From contig JAWMAR010000520.1 of assembly GCA_036785375.1 (NCBI GenBank), positions 186,001 to 250,000 of the forward strand: a DNA stretch of 64,000 nucleotides, in the 5' to 3' direction. This DNA is from Leucoraja ocellata. Its lineage: Eukaryota. The position numbers were made by a program, and so were the translations under genes. Positions 50,367-62,405 of this stretch are shown here, in pieces. The first letter of the stretch is position 1, and each line of letters opens with the position of its first letter. The notes under the pieces are model-generated. The model ran no database searches, was not told where the DNA came from, and saw only the letters and a program-made list of their open reading frames with translations.

Positions 50367-52135
50367 GTCATCCGCAAACTTGTGAAGCTTGACAGAGTCT
50401 GTGGAGGTGCAGTCTTTGGTGTAGAGAGAGTAAAGGAGAGAGGAGAGTATGTAGACTTCCAGTGCTCCTATGTTGAGGGTCTGCATTCTTATTTTTAAAC
50501 TGTGACCCCTGCTTCTGGACTCCCCTGACATCGGGAACATTTTTCCTGCATCAAGCCTGTCCAATCCTTTAAGAATTTTATATGTTTCTGTAAGATCACT
50601 TCTCATCCTTCTAAATTCCTGTGAATACAATCCCAGTCGACCCATTCTTTCATCATATGTCAGTTCCGCCATCCTGGGAATTAATCTGGTGAACCTACGC
50701 TGCACTCCCTTAATAGCAATAATGTCCTTCCTCAAATTAGGAGACCAGAAATGCACACAATACTCCAGGTGCGGTCTCACCAGGGCCTTGTACAACTGCT
50801 GTAGGACCTCCTTGCTCCTAAACTCAAATCCTCTCGCAATGAAGGCTAACATGCCATTAGCTTTCTTCACTGCCTGCTTTACCTGCATGCTAACTTTCAG
50901 TGACTAATGTAAAAGCACACCCAGGTCTCATTACACCTCCCCTTTTCCTAATCTGACACCATTCAGTTAATAATCTGCCTTCCTGTTCTTGCCACCAAAG
51001 TGAATAACCTTACATTTATCCACATTATATTGCATCTGCCATGCTTCTGCCCAGTCACCCAACCTATTCAAATCACCCTGCGGCCTCTTAGCCTCCTCAT
51101 CGCAGCTCACACTGGCACCCAGCTTTGTGTCATCCGCAAACTTGGAGATGTCTCATTTAATTCCCTCGTCTAAATCGTTAATATATATTGTAAATAACTG
51201 GGGTCCCAGTTCTGAGCCTTGCGGCACCCCAATAGTCGCTGCCTGCCATTCTGAAAAGGACCCGTTAATTCCTTCTCTTTGCTTCCTCTGACAACCAGTT
51301 CTCAATCAATGTCAATACCCTACACCCCCAATACCATGTGCTCTAATTTTGCACAATAATCTCTTGTGTAGGACTTTGTCAAAGGCTTTTTGAAAGTCCA
51401 GATACACCACATCACTGGCTCTCCCTTATCCATTCTACTTGTTACATCCTCAAAAAATTCCAGAAGATTAGTCAAGCATGATGTCCCCTTCATAAATCTA
51501 TGTTGAATTTGACCGATCCTGTCACTGCTTTCCAAATGCACTGCTATAACATCTTTAACAATCGACTCAAGCATCTTCCCCACTTCCGATGTAAGGCTAA
51601 CTGGTCTATAATTCCCCGTTTTTCTCTCTCCCTCCTTTCTTAAAAAGTGGGGTTACATTGGCTACCCTTCAGTCCACAGGAACTGATCAAGAGTCGAGAG
51701 AACATTGGAAAATGAGATCCAGAGTAGAGAGAAAAGTTGCCTGATAACAGCTAGCCACCTCTACCCTGGAAAATAAGAAAATATTCCACTTCACATTAGA
51801 GAAGGTTTAGAGAAGAATTACAATAACGTAAAATATCCTTGTTAATTATGATTTTTGCTTTTCTAATCATTGCACATATATTCATAATTTTCAAATTAAC
51901 ATGATGCTGATGCACATATTTAAGAGCTATTTAGCAGATTGACTTCATCCATGGCCGACATCAGTGCAATGACGTGATGTTATTGAGCCTCGGTTCATTT
52001 TAATTCTTTACCCAGTTGATGTTCTAATTACGAGTAAGGCACGTTATACAATTAGTATTCTAAGTTCAAACATCGCAGGAAACATTAAATGCAGTTGATG
52101 ATGTACAAATAGCTTCCATTGCACAAGAAGAGTTT

Positions 52136-52430
52136 TTTTAGTTTAGTTTAGAGATACAGCGTGGAAACACTGTTCGGCCCAGCGAGCACGCCAACCTGCG
52201 ATCCCTGTACACTATCCTACACACACTAGGGACAATTTACAATTTTACTGAAGCCAATTAACCAACAAACTTCTACGTGTTTGTAGTGTGGGTGGAAACC
52301 GCAGTTGCAAGAGAAAACCCACGCAAGTCATGGAGAGAACGTACAAACTCCGTACAGACAGCACCTGTGGTCAGGATCAAACCCGGTTCTCTTGCACTCA
52401 AAGTCAGCAACCACATTATTACCGTGCCCC
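52136..52430 (-). mobile_element. HE1-like V-SINE
   Basis: Reverse complement of head, core and tail. Confidence 0.8.
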
Positions 52431-52559
52431 CCGGTGAAACCTCAGAAGTAAGTTGGACTCTACCATAAATCTGCCATTTAGTAATGTGCTTGCCATGAAA
52501 CTGATTCACATTTCAGCTTCTCATAGTTCTGATAAAAGGTCATTGACCTGAAAGGCTTA

Positions 52560-52846
52560 TGGGCCTGTCCCACTTACGCAACTTTTTCGGCGATGCGACT
52601 GTCATAGGTCGTTGCAGGTCGCCGAAAATTTTCAACATGTTGTTCAACAAGTTTTGACTCTTTGGGCGATTACTCACGGCCATACAGGCTTGTATGGTCG
52701 TGAGTAGTCTCCTCAGTCGCCCAAAGAGTTGTAGCGTCTTTCTGGTCACCGCTGGATTTTCAACGTGGAAAATATTCGGCGACCTGCAACGATCTATGAC
52801 AGGTGCTGGTAGTCGCCGAAAAAGCCGCGGAAGTGGGACAGGCCCA
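52560..52846. mobile_element. PIF/Harbinger-type MITE
   Basis: TIR tgggcctgtcccactt / aagtgggacaggccca with extended inverted arms; flanked by TTA and TAA. Confidence 0.85.
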
Positions 52847-52855
52847 TAAATCTGC

Positions 52856-53310
52856 TTTAGTTTAGTTTAGTTTATTATTGTCACGTGTACCAAAGTTCAG
52901 TAAAAGATTTTTTGTTCTTTTTGTTCCCTAGTATCCAGTCAGTGAAAAGTCTGTGCATGAATACAACCAAGCTGTCCTACAGATATAGGATAAAGGATAT
53001 AATGCAAGATAAAGTCCAATAAAATCCAATTAAAGATCTCCAATGAGGTAGATGGGGAGGTCAGGACCGCTCTCTAGCTGGTGAGAGAACGGTTCAGTTG
53101 CCTGATAACAGCTAGGTAGAAACTGTCCCTTAATCTGGAGTTACACATTTTCAAACCTCTGTACACCTTCCCTTATGATAGAGGAGAAGAGGGAGTGACT
53201 GGGGTGAGACTCGTCCATGATTATGCTGGTGGCCTTGCAGAGGGAGCGTGAAGTATAGATGGAGTCAATGGAAGGGAAGTTGGTTTGCGTGCTGGTCTGG
53301 GCTAAGTGCT
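52856..53310 (-). mobile_element. Rex1/Babar 3' fragment
   Basis: Reverse complement of the family at 32777-33425. Confidence 0.75.
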
Positions 53311-53779
53311 TTCCCTCTCTGCTGCCTTTCAGCGAAGAATTTTCCTGCATCTTGTGTTTTTATTTCAGATTTCCAACACCAATCAATTCAGCTTCCTGAA
53401 TGTCCAAGAAATGTAATCATACTGACGGAACCCATTACCTTTAGCTACCAGGGCTCTAGACAATGATATCCTCTTTAAAATTCCCTTGACTTACCTTAAG
53501 ATGCATATTGCTTTATGATCAATCTGAGGCACTGGGGTGAGTGTAAAGGAGGAAGATGCACAGTCAACTATCCATGTCACATCAACCATCCATGTAGAAA
53601 CAAGGAACTGCAGATTCTGGTTTATACCAAAGTTAGACACAAAGTGCTGGAGTAACTCCGTGGGTCAGGCAGCACCTCTGGAGAACATGAATTGATGACC
53701 TTTCTGTCTGAAGAAGGGTCCCAACCTGAAACGTCACCCAGCCTTTTTCTGGAGAGATGCTGCCTGACCCGCTAAGTTA

Positions 53780-55306
53780 AGGGGCTGTCCCATTGCGGCA
53801 ACCTAATTCACGAGTTTAGAAGAGTTTAGGAGAGTTTGAAAAAATGTCATGTTGAAGACCTCCTTCGACTATGTTGAAGACTAGCTTCGGCTAGCTTTGG
53901 GAATATTGGGCACCGAATAGTGGAGAGTGAAGACGACCTCCTTCGATCTCGCTTCGACCTCCCTTCGACTATGTTGAAGGCTAGCTACGACTACCTTTGA
54001 CTACCTTTGATTACCTTCGACTACCCTCGATTACCTATGAATTACATGCTGACCTACTTCGACCTACTTCGACTAAACCTACAAGTAAAAAAAGTAACGA
54101 TTTTTTTCCATGGTGACCTTTTTTTACTCGTGGCCATTTTTCAACATGTTGAAAAATATGCCGCGACCTAGCTGAGGCCTCGAGTACGCGGGGACTACTC
54201 TCGAGCATGAAGGAGAGTTACAAAGACCTCCTAGAACCTTGTGTCGACCATCGAGGAGGAGCCATCTTGGGGAATGGCTGCTAACCAGCAGCCGTCCGTT
54301 TAATTCACTTTTTTTTTAAAGTTTTTAGTAAGCTGTGCTCTGTCTGTTGGAGAAATGGACTTTTTAATGTGGGTGGTAGGGGGTAATTATACTTCTAGGT
54401 CCCTACCTGGTCGGTGAGGCAGCTTTTTCTCCGGGCTGCCCCGTCGACCCGTCCTCGTGGCCTACCAGCGGGCGTGGAGTGCCGTTTCCTGGCGGGGTCC
54501 GCCCAGCACCTCGGCTTCGGTGGCGACACAGCGCCGGAGCGCTATCGCGGAGCGGAGTGGGCAATGCCTTGCCTGGGTCGCCACGCTGGATCGACGGGCT
54601 TGAGCGCCGGTGAGCTGTGAATGCCGAGATCGACACCTCCGGGCTGCGGGTCTGCGGAGCGGAGCGGGCGGCGCCGACTCTAACATCGGGAGCCTGGGAG
54701 CTCCAACCCGGCGCGGCCTTGTCGGCTTCGGAAGCCGCGGTCCCCAGCTAGGAAGCGGCCGTTCCAGGTGGCCCAGCCGCTGAGAGGACTCTCCCGACGC
54801 CGGGGCAACACCACCCGGCCAGAACAGCCAGGAACATCGGGCCTCCCTAGAGGCAATAGCGGTGGCCTCAAATAGGCCTGACTTTGGGTGAACAGGGGAT
54901 GGGGACTGGACATTGTGCCTTCCCCCACAGTGGTAACCATTGTGGGGGGATGATTTTTGTGTGTAAGTGATTATTTTAGTTTGTGTCCAAGATGGCTGTC
55001 GGAAGGGAGAGCGGACGCTGGTGCGGTTTAGCTGCCGCTGCTCTCTCTTCACATTGTGTTTTTGATTTTTTGTCTTTGGAGCGATTTCTGTCTTTAATTT
55101 GTGTATTGGTGATGTCCTTATTATTTATTTTACTCCGACTATTTGTTTTTTCTCTTTTGTTAAATTTTGTAAGGTGTCCTTGAGACTTTGAAAGGCGCCC
55201 GTAAATAAAATGTATTATTATTATTATTATTATTATGCTGCGAGTATGAGTCGAGGGCAAACTCGCCGGAACTCGCGGATTAGGTTGCCGCAGTGGGACA
55301 GCCCCT
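53780..55306. mobile_element. PIF/Harbinger-type MITE in a Penelope-derived repeat, itself interrupted by a GC-rich retroposon
   Basis: TIR aggggctgtcccattgcggcaacctaat / attaggttgccgcagtgggacagcccct; TTA duplication at 53777-53779 and 55307-55309; internal (cttcgacta)-like repeats. Confidence 0.88.
54252..55236 (+). mobile_element. GC-rich non-autonomous retroposon with L2-type tail
   Basis: CpG-rich body; ends tgtaaggtgtccttgag...gaaaggcgcccgtaaataaaatg(tat)n. The MITE reads through gaccat|gctgcg when it is removed. Confidence 0.7.
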
Positions 55307-55839
55307 TTACTCCAGCACTTTATGTTTGTCTCATCACGTATCCATGTTCTCCAAAGATAATGCCTGGCCCATTAAATAACTCTAGCACTACTGTATTTGT
55401 TTATTTTGTAAACTAGCCTCTTCAGTTCCTTGTGTCTACAGCATTGTACATCCTGCCTCATACATTCTTTGGTAAATATCATGTTTCGTTTGATAATGCT
55501 CTGAGAAGTTGTTTGTAATGTTTTTCTATATTAAAATACTGTAAATTATTGGATATTTTGTCATGTTTTACAGTGTTCTTTTTGCTATTAGCTTACAGTG
55601 AGCCAATTGTAAGGCAATGATTCTTGGCTTTGATATTGTAATTATTTGAATCTGTGAGATCCTATGTTCATTTCTCAGATCTGTGCAGTGTAGTAGTGCA
55701 TGAATAACCCATGTTTTGAAGTAACCACTATAATGGCGGATAGGAGAGAAGACGTGTCCCTGTATACAAGGTGTGCAACTGTATGCCTATAATGCCATTT
55801 AGAATGCTTCGATCCAGCTCGAAACACAGTCCCTATTAA

Positions 55840-56428
55840 ACCTGGCGATTGATATCGTCGACCCGACCTCGGAGCGGGCAGTGGCAGCAGCAGCGATGAC
55901 CCGACCTCAGAGCAGGCAGAGGCAGCGGTGACCCGACCTCGGAGGATCGGCCGCAGGCCCGGTAGACTAGGCCGCGGGCCCAGTGGACGACATCATCGCG
56001 AGCTCGCAGGTCACAGGTTGGTGACCTGTTCTCCGGAGCTCCCGCGACAACAGCTGCGTCCGCTGGGCTGGAGGGCGGCAGCTTCGGCGGCTTCGACCAC
56101 CCCGGGCCGCGGAGTTGAACCGGCCCATTCGCGGAGCTTGGATTCAGCCGCGGGACTAACATTACTTACCATCACCCGGCGGGGTCACAACATCCGAAGC
56201 CTGGATCGCCTTCGGCGCAGAGGGAGAATAAGAAGGGAAGAGACAAATACTTAAGACTTTTGCCTTCCATCACAGTGAGGAGGTGCCTGGTGAACTCACT
56301 GTGGTGGATGTTAATTTGTGTTTATTGTGTGTTTTTGTCATTTTTTACCGTATGTAGGACTGCAAGGCAACAAATTTCGTTCAGACCTCAAGGTCTGAAT
56401 GACAATAAAGGCTTCTTTACTTTACTAT
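55840..56428 (+). mobile_element. GC-rich non-autonomous retroposon with Rex1/Babar-type tail
   Basis: Same hairpin as 16898-17700; tail ttcagacctcaaggtctgaatgacaataaag. Confidence 0.65.
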
Positions 56429-56452
56429 TATTAACGAGAGCAGCAATAAAAC

Positions 56453-56886
56453 TGGCGGCACAGTGGCACAGCAGTAGAATTGCTGCCTTTAGGCCTGTCC
56501 CACTGTACCAGGTAATTCAAGAGTTCTCCCGAGTATCCCCTGATTCAAACTCAGAAAGCTACGGTAATAGCCACTCATAGGGACTTGGGGCTCTCGTGGA
56601 CATTTCTCAACATGCTGAAAAAACGTCACGTGCTTACCGCGTTTCCCGAATACCTGCTGTTAGCATTACGAGTCGCTAAGAGTCGTCCCGAGCTCCGACG
56701 TACCCGCTACATACATTCTACGTACATACCACGAGTTTGATTTTTTTTTTAACTCTGGAGAGCTCTTGGGTAAACTCGTATAGTGGGACAGGCCCTTTAC
56801 AGCGCCAGAGACCCAGGTTCGATCTTGACTACTAGTGCTGTCTATACGGAGTATGTAGATTCCCCCTGTGACCGCGTGGGTTTTCT
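56453..56886 (+). mobile_element. HE1-like V-SINE 5' half split by a MITE
   Basis: ggcggcacagtggcacagcagtag...gctgcc|ttacagcgccagagacccaggttcgatc. Confidence 0.8.
56491..56796. mobile_element. PIF/Harbinger-type MITE
   Basis: TIR aggcctgtcccact / agtgggacaggccct; right flank TTA, left flank degenerate (ttt). Confidence 0.82.
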
Positions 56887-57219
56887 GATCTGACCCGCTG
56901 AGTTACTCTAGCACAATATGTCTATCTTTAGTAATGAATTCCACTGGGGCATCTTGGAAATGTTATGAATATCTCTGTTCACATTATTCATAGTACAGTA
57001 TGTGCTGTGCTGTCCAATGCTGAAACTGTACCAATAATACACAATCATTTTACTATTAGTAGCATAGGTAAAAATAGATTATCTGCTCACTGTCACAATG
57101 TTATTTATGGGATCATGCAATACAGAAATAGGCTACCATACTTCCTCCATTATAAACAATGCAAGACCAATAGCAATTCCCATGCCATGAATTTTAGCTA
57201 TATAGATAGATGGATGGAT

Positions 57220-60200
57220 GTTGTGTGTCTCCCTGCTCCGGCGGCTGAGAGGTTTTGAAGCAACCTTTCAAGGTTTTTGTCGATGGAAGAGGGATAGAGG
57301 CAGTGAGATTTCAAAGTTTGACTTAACGTTGGACTGCTGAAACGTTCCTTTGGTAAAGGATTTTTCCATTTAGTGAGGAATTCCTGCGTTCTTCTGGAAT
57401 GCCGTGGGAGTGGCTGCGGCTGGCGGATTGCCAAGAGTGCCCGGAGATCGGGGGGGGGGGGGTGGGGGGTAAGAAACTGTTTGTTTGTCGTTTCTAACAC
57501 CGGATCTCTGCCCCCATACCATTTTACCCAGAGCAGGCTGCCTGGGCATAATGAGTAGGTACCTTTCACATCCGGCAGTTTCCGGAAACTCAGAAGGGCT
57601 TTGAAAAGCCTACCAAGAGCTGCTCTCGGCTATGAAGTTGAGCGTAGGGATTTTCCCTACTGGGCTGGAGAGAACTGCTTCTGCTGCTTTTTCGGACTGT
57701 GACTGACTCTGAGATCGCTTTTGATCTGAGAGTGCTGGTGTCCCTGGTGCTGGTTTGTGCCACTGTCAAGATGGCGGGGGCTCGGTCTCAGGCTCAGAGT
57801 TACGCAGCTGCGGTTTCGGCTGCGGCTTCGGGGCCAATCGAGGATGAGCCTTATGTTTACTTCGGTGGTAGAAAAAATGGGATCTTGGTCCAAACCGGGT
57901 CCCTGTGGAGCAGGGATGCAATAACGAACCTTTTCCAGAAGGTCTCTGCCGAGGTTGCAAGAGGGATGTGTGGGATGATACTAAAGTCCCAGGTGTATGT
58001 GGCCTTAGCTTTGGGGAAGGGGATCACAGTGGGGGGGATCTTTGTACCGGTGGAACCGTGGGTGTCCACCGTGAAACCAGCTCTCCAGCGGGATGTTCCC
58101 ATGTTCATCCGGGATGCAAAACTTCGTCCACACCTGGCAAAGATTGGGGAGGTGCGTTCTAGGTTGATTAGGCTTATGCACCCCTGAGTGACCCGTGTCT
58201 CAAAGGGATCTTAAGTTTCAAGAGTCTCGGGAGTAGAGGCAGTTTTCCAGTCTGTACTCCCTTATTAGAACCACAAGAGTTGCTGTGCGGTGTGCTGCCC
58301 CACTGGCTGAGGTAGTCGGGGAGATAACAGAAACACTGGCTCCTTCACTGGGCTTTGCTGAGGTTACTCCCCTGGTGGTGGAGGGTAGAGACTCTCTGGG
58401 TGTTTCCGGTGGAGCGGGTACTCTGGGTGCTGTGGAGGTCGGAGATGTTTGGGTCGTGACCCTTATTCGGATTCCGGGGATGCCCTGGGGGAGCCTCTTG
58501 TGTTTTTTCTTCCCCAGGCCCAGACGTAGGGGGTGGTGGGAGAACGCAGGAGCCTGGCCTTTCACCGGTTGGTGTCATGCCGGAGGAGGGGGAGAGTGAT
58601 GCAGCTAGCTTGTGCAGTGTGGTGGGCGAGCTGATAGCTAGCTGTAGTCTTTCGAACTCTGTCGATGACCTTGAGCGCAGTGTAGGGGAGGATGGTGCTC
58701 CAGGTGTCAGTGGGTTGGCAGATTGCCTGGATTCCAGTGCTGTGTCTCGAAGGGTCGTTATCTGCGAGATTCGGGACTTTCTGAAAATAAACAAAATGTG
58801 TTCTAAAATTGAAGCGGCTGGGAGACGTTCGACGGTTCTGCCGGGATTTTTAAGACACTTGATATTATTGTTGGCAGAAAAGACAGTTGCCTTCCTGAGT
58901 CTTGACGCGTCAGTTTGGGGACTTTGTGAAGTTCCTAAGAGAGAGTGTCCCCGCTCCCATGAGGAGTGTGAGGATAAAATTCTAGTGTGTTTGCACATTC
59001 AGAGTTGCCAGTCTAAAATTAAATGGTGGAAGGGGGGACTTTCGTAGATTTCAGCATCTATCAGTCCTCAGAGAGGGGAAATATGCAATGAGTTTTCTGC
59101 AAGAGACGCATACTGTTGTCAGTGATGAACCCACCTGGTGACTGGAGTGGGAAGGGGGTCTACATGAGCCATCTCAGTGCAAATCCGAGTGGAGTGGCTT
59201 TCCTGTTGGCCCCGACTTTCCAGCCAGAGATCCTGAAAGTGCAGGAAGTTGTGCCAGATCGTTTGCTATATCTGGCCATGAGCCTGGATGGCATGCCGTT
59301 ACATTGTGTTAACGTGTACACCCCCAGCACCGGCACCATGCAGGCCTGCCTACTTCAGGAGGTGACTGCTCTGTTGAACATTATTGATAGTGGAGAGTGT
59401 GTCTTCCTTGGGGGGGATTTCAATTGCACACTTGAGGTGTGAGATCGCTCTGGTACTCAGTGTGCCCCTGCTGTAGCAAAGAAGTTGAGAGGCTTGATTG
59501 ATTCCTTTGAGTTGGTTGATGCATGGCGGAATCTCCACCCAGATTCCAGCGCTTTTTCGCGGAGGTCTGAGGGGGGTGGTTCCCGCATCGATCGCATGTA
59601 ATCTCAGGTGGGTATGTCTCCCGTGTCTCGACGGCCTCAATGTGGCTGGTGCCGTGCTCAGACCACTGTCTGGTGCGAGTGGACTTTAATCCAGTGTGCA
59701 CACGGGCTGGGTCCGCGTACTGGCACTTTAATAACCGGCTGCTGGAAGATCGGTGTTTCCGTGAGTCATTCAGTCGGTTTTGGGTGAAGTGGAGAGAGAA
59801 GCAGAGGAGCTTCCCTTCCCTTAGGCAGTGGTGGGATGTGGGAAAGGTTTACATCTATCACTTTTGTCAGGAATACACGTGGGGGTCCACCGGAAGGCGG
59901 GACTCAACAGTCGAGAGGCTCGAGAAGGAGTTACTCGACACAGAGTCTCGCCTGGGTCGGATTGCTGAGGACTCCTGTGAGTGGGGAGACTATAGGAGAG
60001 GAAGGAAGCTTTGAGGAACCTGCTGCTTGAGCGGTCCTGAGGTGCTTAAATGAGGTCGCGGGTTCAGATGCTGCACGATCTGGAACGAGCATCGCCTTTA
60101 TTTTTCTCTCTGTAGAAAGGGCGGGGAGCCCACAAATAGCTCGTTGAGCTGCTCATGGATGATGGCTCCTCTGCCACAGATCCAGAGAGGATCAGTGCTT

Positions 60201-61665
60201 TGGTTCGGTCCTTTTATGGGTCCTTGTTCTCCGCAGATGGATTCAGCGGGGAGGCTCAGCGGGTCCTGTGGGAGGGTTTACTGACTGTACATAGGGAGGG
60301 GTCCGAACCTCTTGATGACCCCTTATCATTGGAGGAATTGACTCATACCCTGCACCAGCTCAGGAGGGGCATGTCGCCTGGGCTGGAAGGGTTGACGAAA
60401 GAGTTTGTTAGAGCCTTCTGGGATATCGTGGGGGGTGATTACATGAAAGTTCTGGGGGAGAGCCTAGTGACTGGGGAGATGCCCCTCTCGTGGCGTAGGG
60501 CAGTCGTTGTCCTGCTGCCCAAGAAGGGCAAACTGGCACCCGGTCTCTCTCCTCTGTACAGGGTATAAAGTTTTTGCACGGGCGATGGCAAATCGCCTGG
60601 GCTCTGGGCTGTCCCAACTGATCCACCAGGACCAGTCCTATACAGTCCCTGGCCAGTCCATTCAGGATAACATCCACCTGGTTAGGGACCTGATTCTATC
60701 TCAGGGAATTGGTCATTCAGCTGCTTTTCTGTCCTTTGATCAGGAGAAGGCTTTTGACAGGGTAGATCATGACGACCTTTTCAGGACGCTGCAAGCGTTT
60801 GGATTTCGACCACGTGGCCCGGATCCGGCTTTTGTACACTGCAGCGGAGTGTTTCGTGAAGGTTAATGGTGTATTGTTGGCTCCCATTCACTTTGGGAGG
60901 GGTGTCGTGATGCGAAGGGACGCATACTGTACAGAATGCTCCTGCACATTCTGCACCTCCTTGCCTTCGTCTTCAGTCCGGACACGCCTTGGCGGTCCGT
61001 GTTACCACCTGAAGGCGGGGGCGGTCCCCAGTGAAGGTCTCTCTACAAGGAAGTTGTCCCCGTTTACATTGGGGACCTGTGGTGAAGAGTGTTGCACAGA
61101 GCGGTGGCGTGTAATAAACTTTTGAGTCAGTTCACGGGCTCGCCGGCTACCTGTATTTTCTGCGGCAAGGAAGAGGCCGTGTTCCACGCGTATATGAATT
61201 GTGTGAGAGGTTGCTTCCCCTGTACCAATATCTGAAGGGGCTGTTCCTCAAGTTTTGGTTACATTTTAGTCCGACGATCCTGGTGTTTGGACACAAGACA
61301 GGGAGTGGGGAGAGCTGATTGGGGGGGTCTGACCTCCCTGTCAGTTTGCTCCTGGGCCTGGCCAATATGGTCATTTGCGGGTCCAGGCAGCGGGCGGTCG
61401 ATGATCATGCCAGAGTCGGCTGCCTGCCCTTCTTCCTGACCTATGTCCGTGCTCGCGTATCCCTGGAGTGGGAACACACGGTGTCCACGGGGACTCTGGA
61501 GGCCTTACTTGAATGCTGGTCGCCGCGTGGGGTCGAGAGCATTGTAAATAATGACTGTACCATCGTACTATAATGTTTGCTTGATGTCATGTAACCTTTG
61601 AATGTATTTTGATACGCTGTATTATGCATTTTGCTGAATAAAGTCCTTGGAAAAGAAAAAAAAAA
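57220..61665 (+). mobile_element. Tx1-type (L1 group) LINE, near full length but degenerate, RT core deleted
   Basis: ORF1 from 57771 (MAGARSQAQSYAAAV). APE motifs FLQETH, SGVAFL, GGDFNCTL, SDH and AYWHFNNRLLED. RT motifs SPGLEGL and FDQEKAFDRVDH. C-terminal CIFCG..E...H....C. Ends AATAAA plus poly(A). Confidence 0.9.
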
Positions 61666-61970
61666 GAGACCGACAGACAGATAGATAACAAATTAACAAG
61701 GAAATAATCAAACAATAACAGTGCAAAATCAAAAATACTGTCCAAAAGTATGTGGTTTGGAGCCTATTTGGAGGTCGTAGTGTGTAAAAGCATGATGGTT
61801 ATAGGAACGAAGCTGCTCCTGGACTTGGATGTTACAGTTTTCAGGCTCCTATACTTTCTTCCCGACTGCAGAAGTGAGATGAGAGTGTGGCCAGGGTGGT
61901 GTGTGTCTCTGGTGATGCAGGCTGCCTTTTTGAGGCAGCGACATCTGGAGATCTCTTTGATGGTGGGGTT
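61666..61970 (-). mobile_element. Rex1/Babar 3' fragment
   Basis: RCLKKAACITRDTHHPGHTLISLLQSGRKYRSL...SFVPITI. Confidence 0.8.
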
Positions 61971-62171
61971 GTGTGCCTGAGATTGTTCACAAATAATCTG
62001 CCTCAGGAGAAAAGGGAGTGTCTGGGGGAAGACTCGTCCTTGATTATACTGTTGGCTTTGCAGAGGTATCATGTAGATTTAATCTGATATAGATTTAATA
62101 TATCTGACAGCAGTATTGGTGGGGAGTGGAGAAGAAATCGTTTCACTCAAATGTGCAATTTATTGTCCACT

Positions 62172-62405
62172 ATATAGTGTATAATCGTGTTCTAGTAATA
62201 TAGTGTGTTAAAGTTTTATAGTTTTATAGTTATTATGTGTTATAGTATGTTATAGTGCTATAGTGTATTATAGTGCATTATAGTGTGTTATATTGTATTA
62301 TAGTGTGTTACAGTGTATTCTAGTGTGTTATAGTGTTATATTGTATTCTCGTGTTATAATGTGTAATCGTGTGTTATATTCTTGTCGTGTATTATGGTGT
62401 GTAAT
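62172..62405. repeat. Low-complexity (tatagtgtgt)-like simple repeat
   Basis: Degenerate 8-10 bp units. Confidence 0.85.

Larger units (their letters stand above)
44691..50483 (-). mobile_element. Rex1/Babar LINE (pieces 44691-45533 and 50367-50483) split by a Gypsy element
   Basis: LYSLYTKDC...KFADD|TTLIGLI...NKLELNALKTVEMIVDF...FKFLGTII; (attca)n-type tail. Confidence 0.85.
44444..51712 (-). mobile_element. CR1 LINE (pieces 44444-44690 and 50484-51712) split by nested elements
   Basis: Tail at the left. RT motifs GKMLESIVKD, SCLTNLLEFFEDVT and LVRPHLEYCVHFWSP at the right. Confidence 0.85.

Noticed and set aside
54462-55052. 196-aa GC-rich ORF and CpG-island-like composition suggesting a gene promoter
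   Set aside because: It lies inside a retroposon nested in a MITE. High GC explains the lack of stops.
58345-58998. 217-aa minus-strand ORF
   Set aside because: Antisense shadow of the GC-rich Tx1 ORF1 region.
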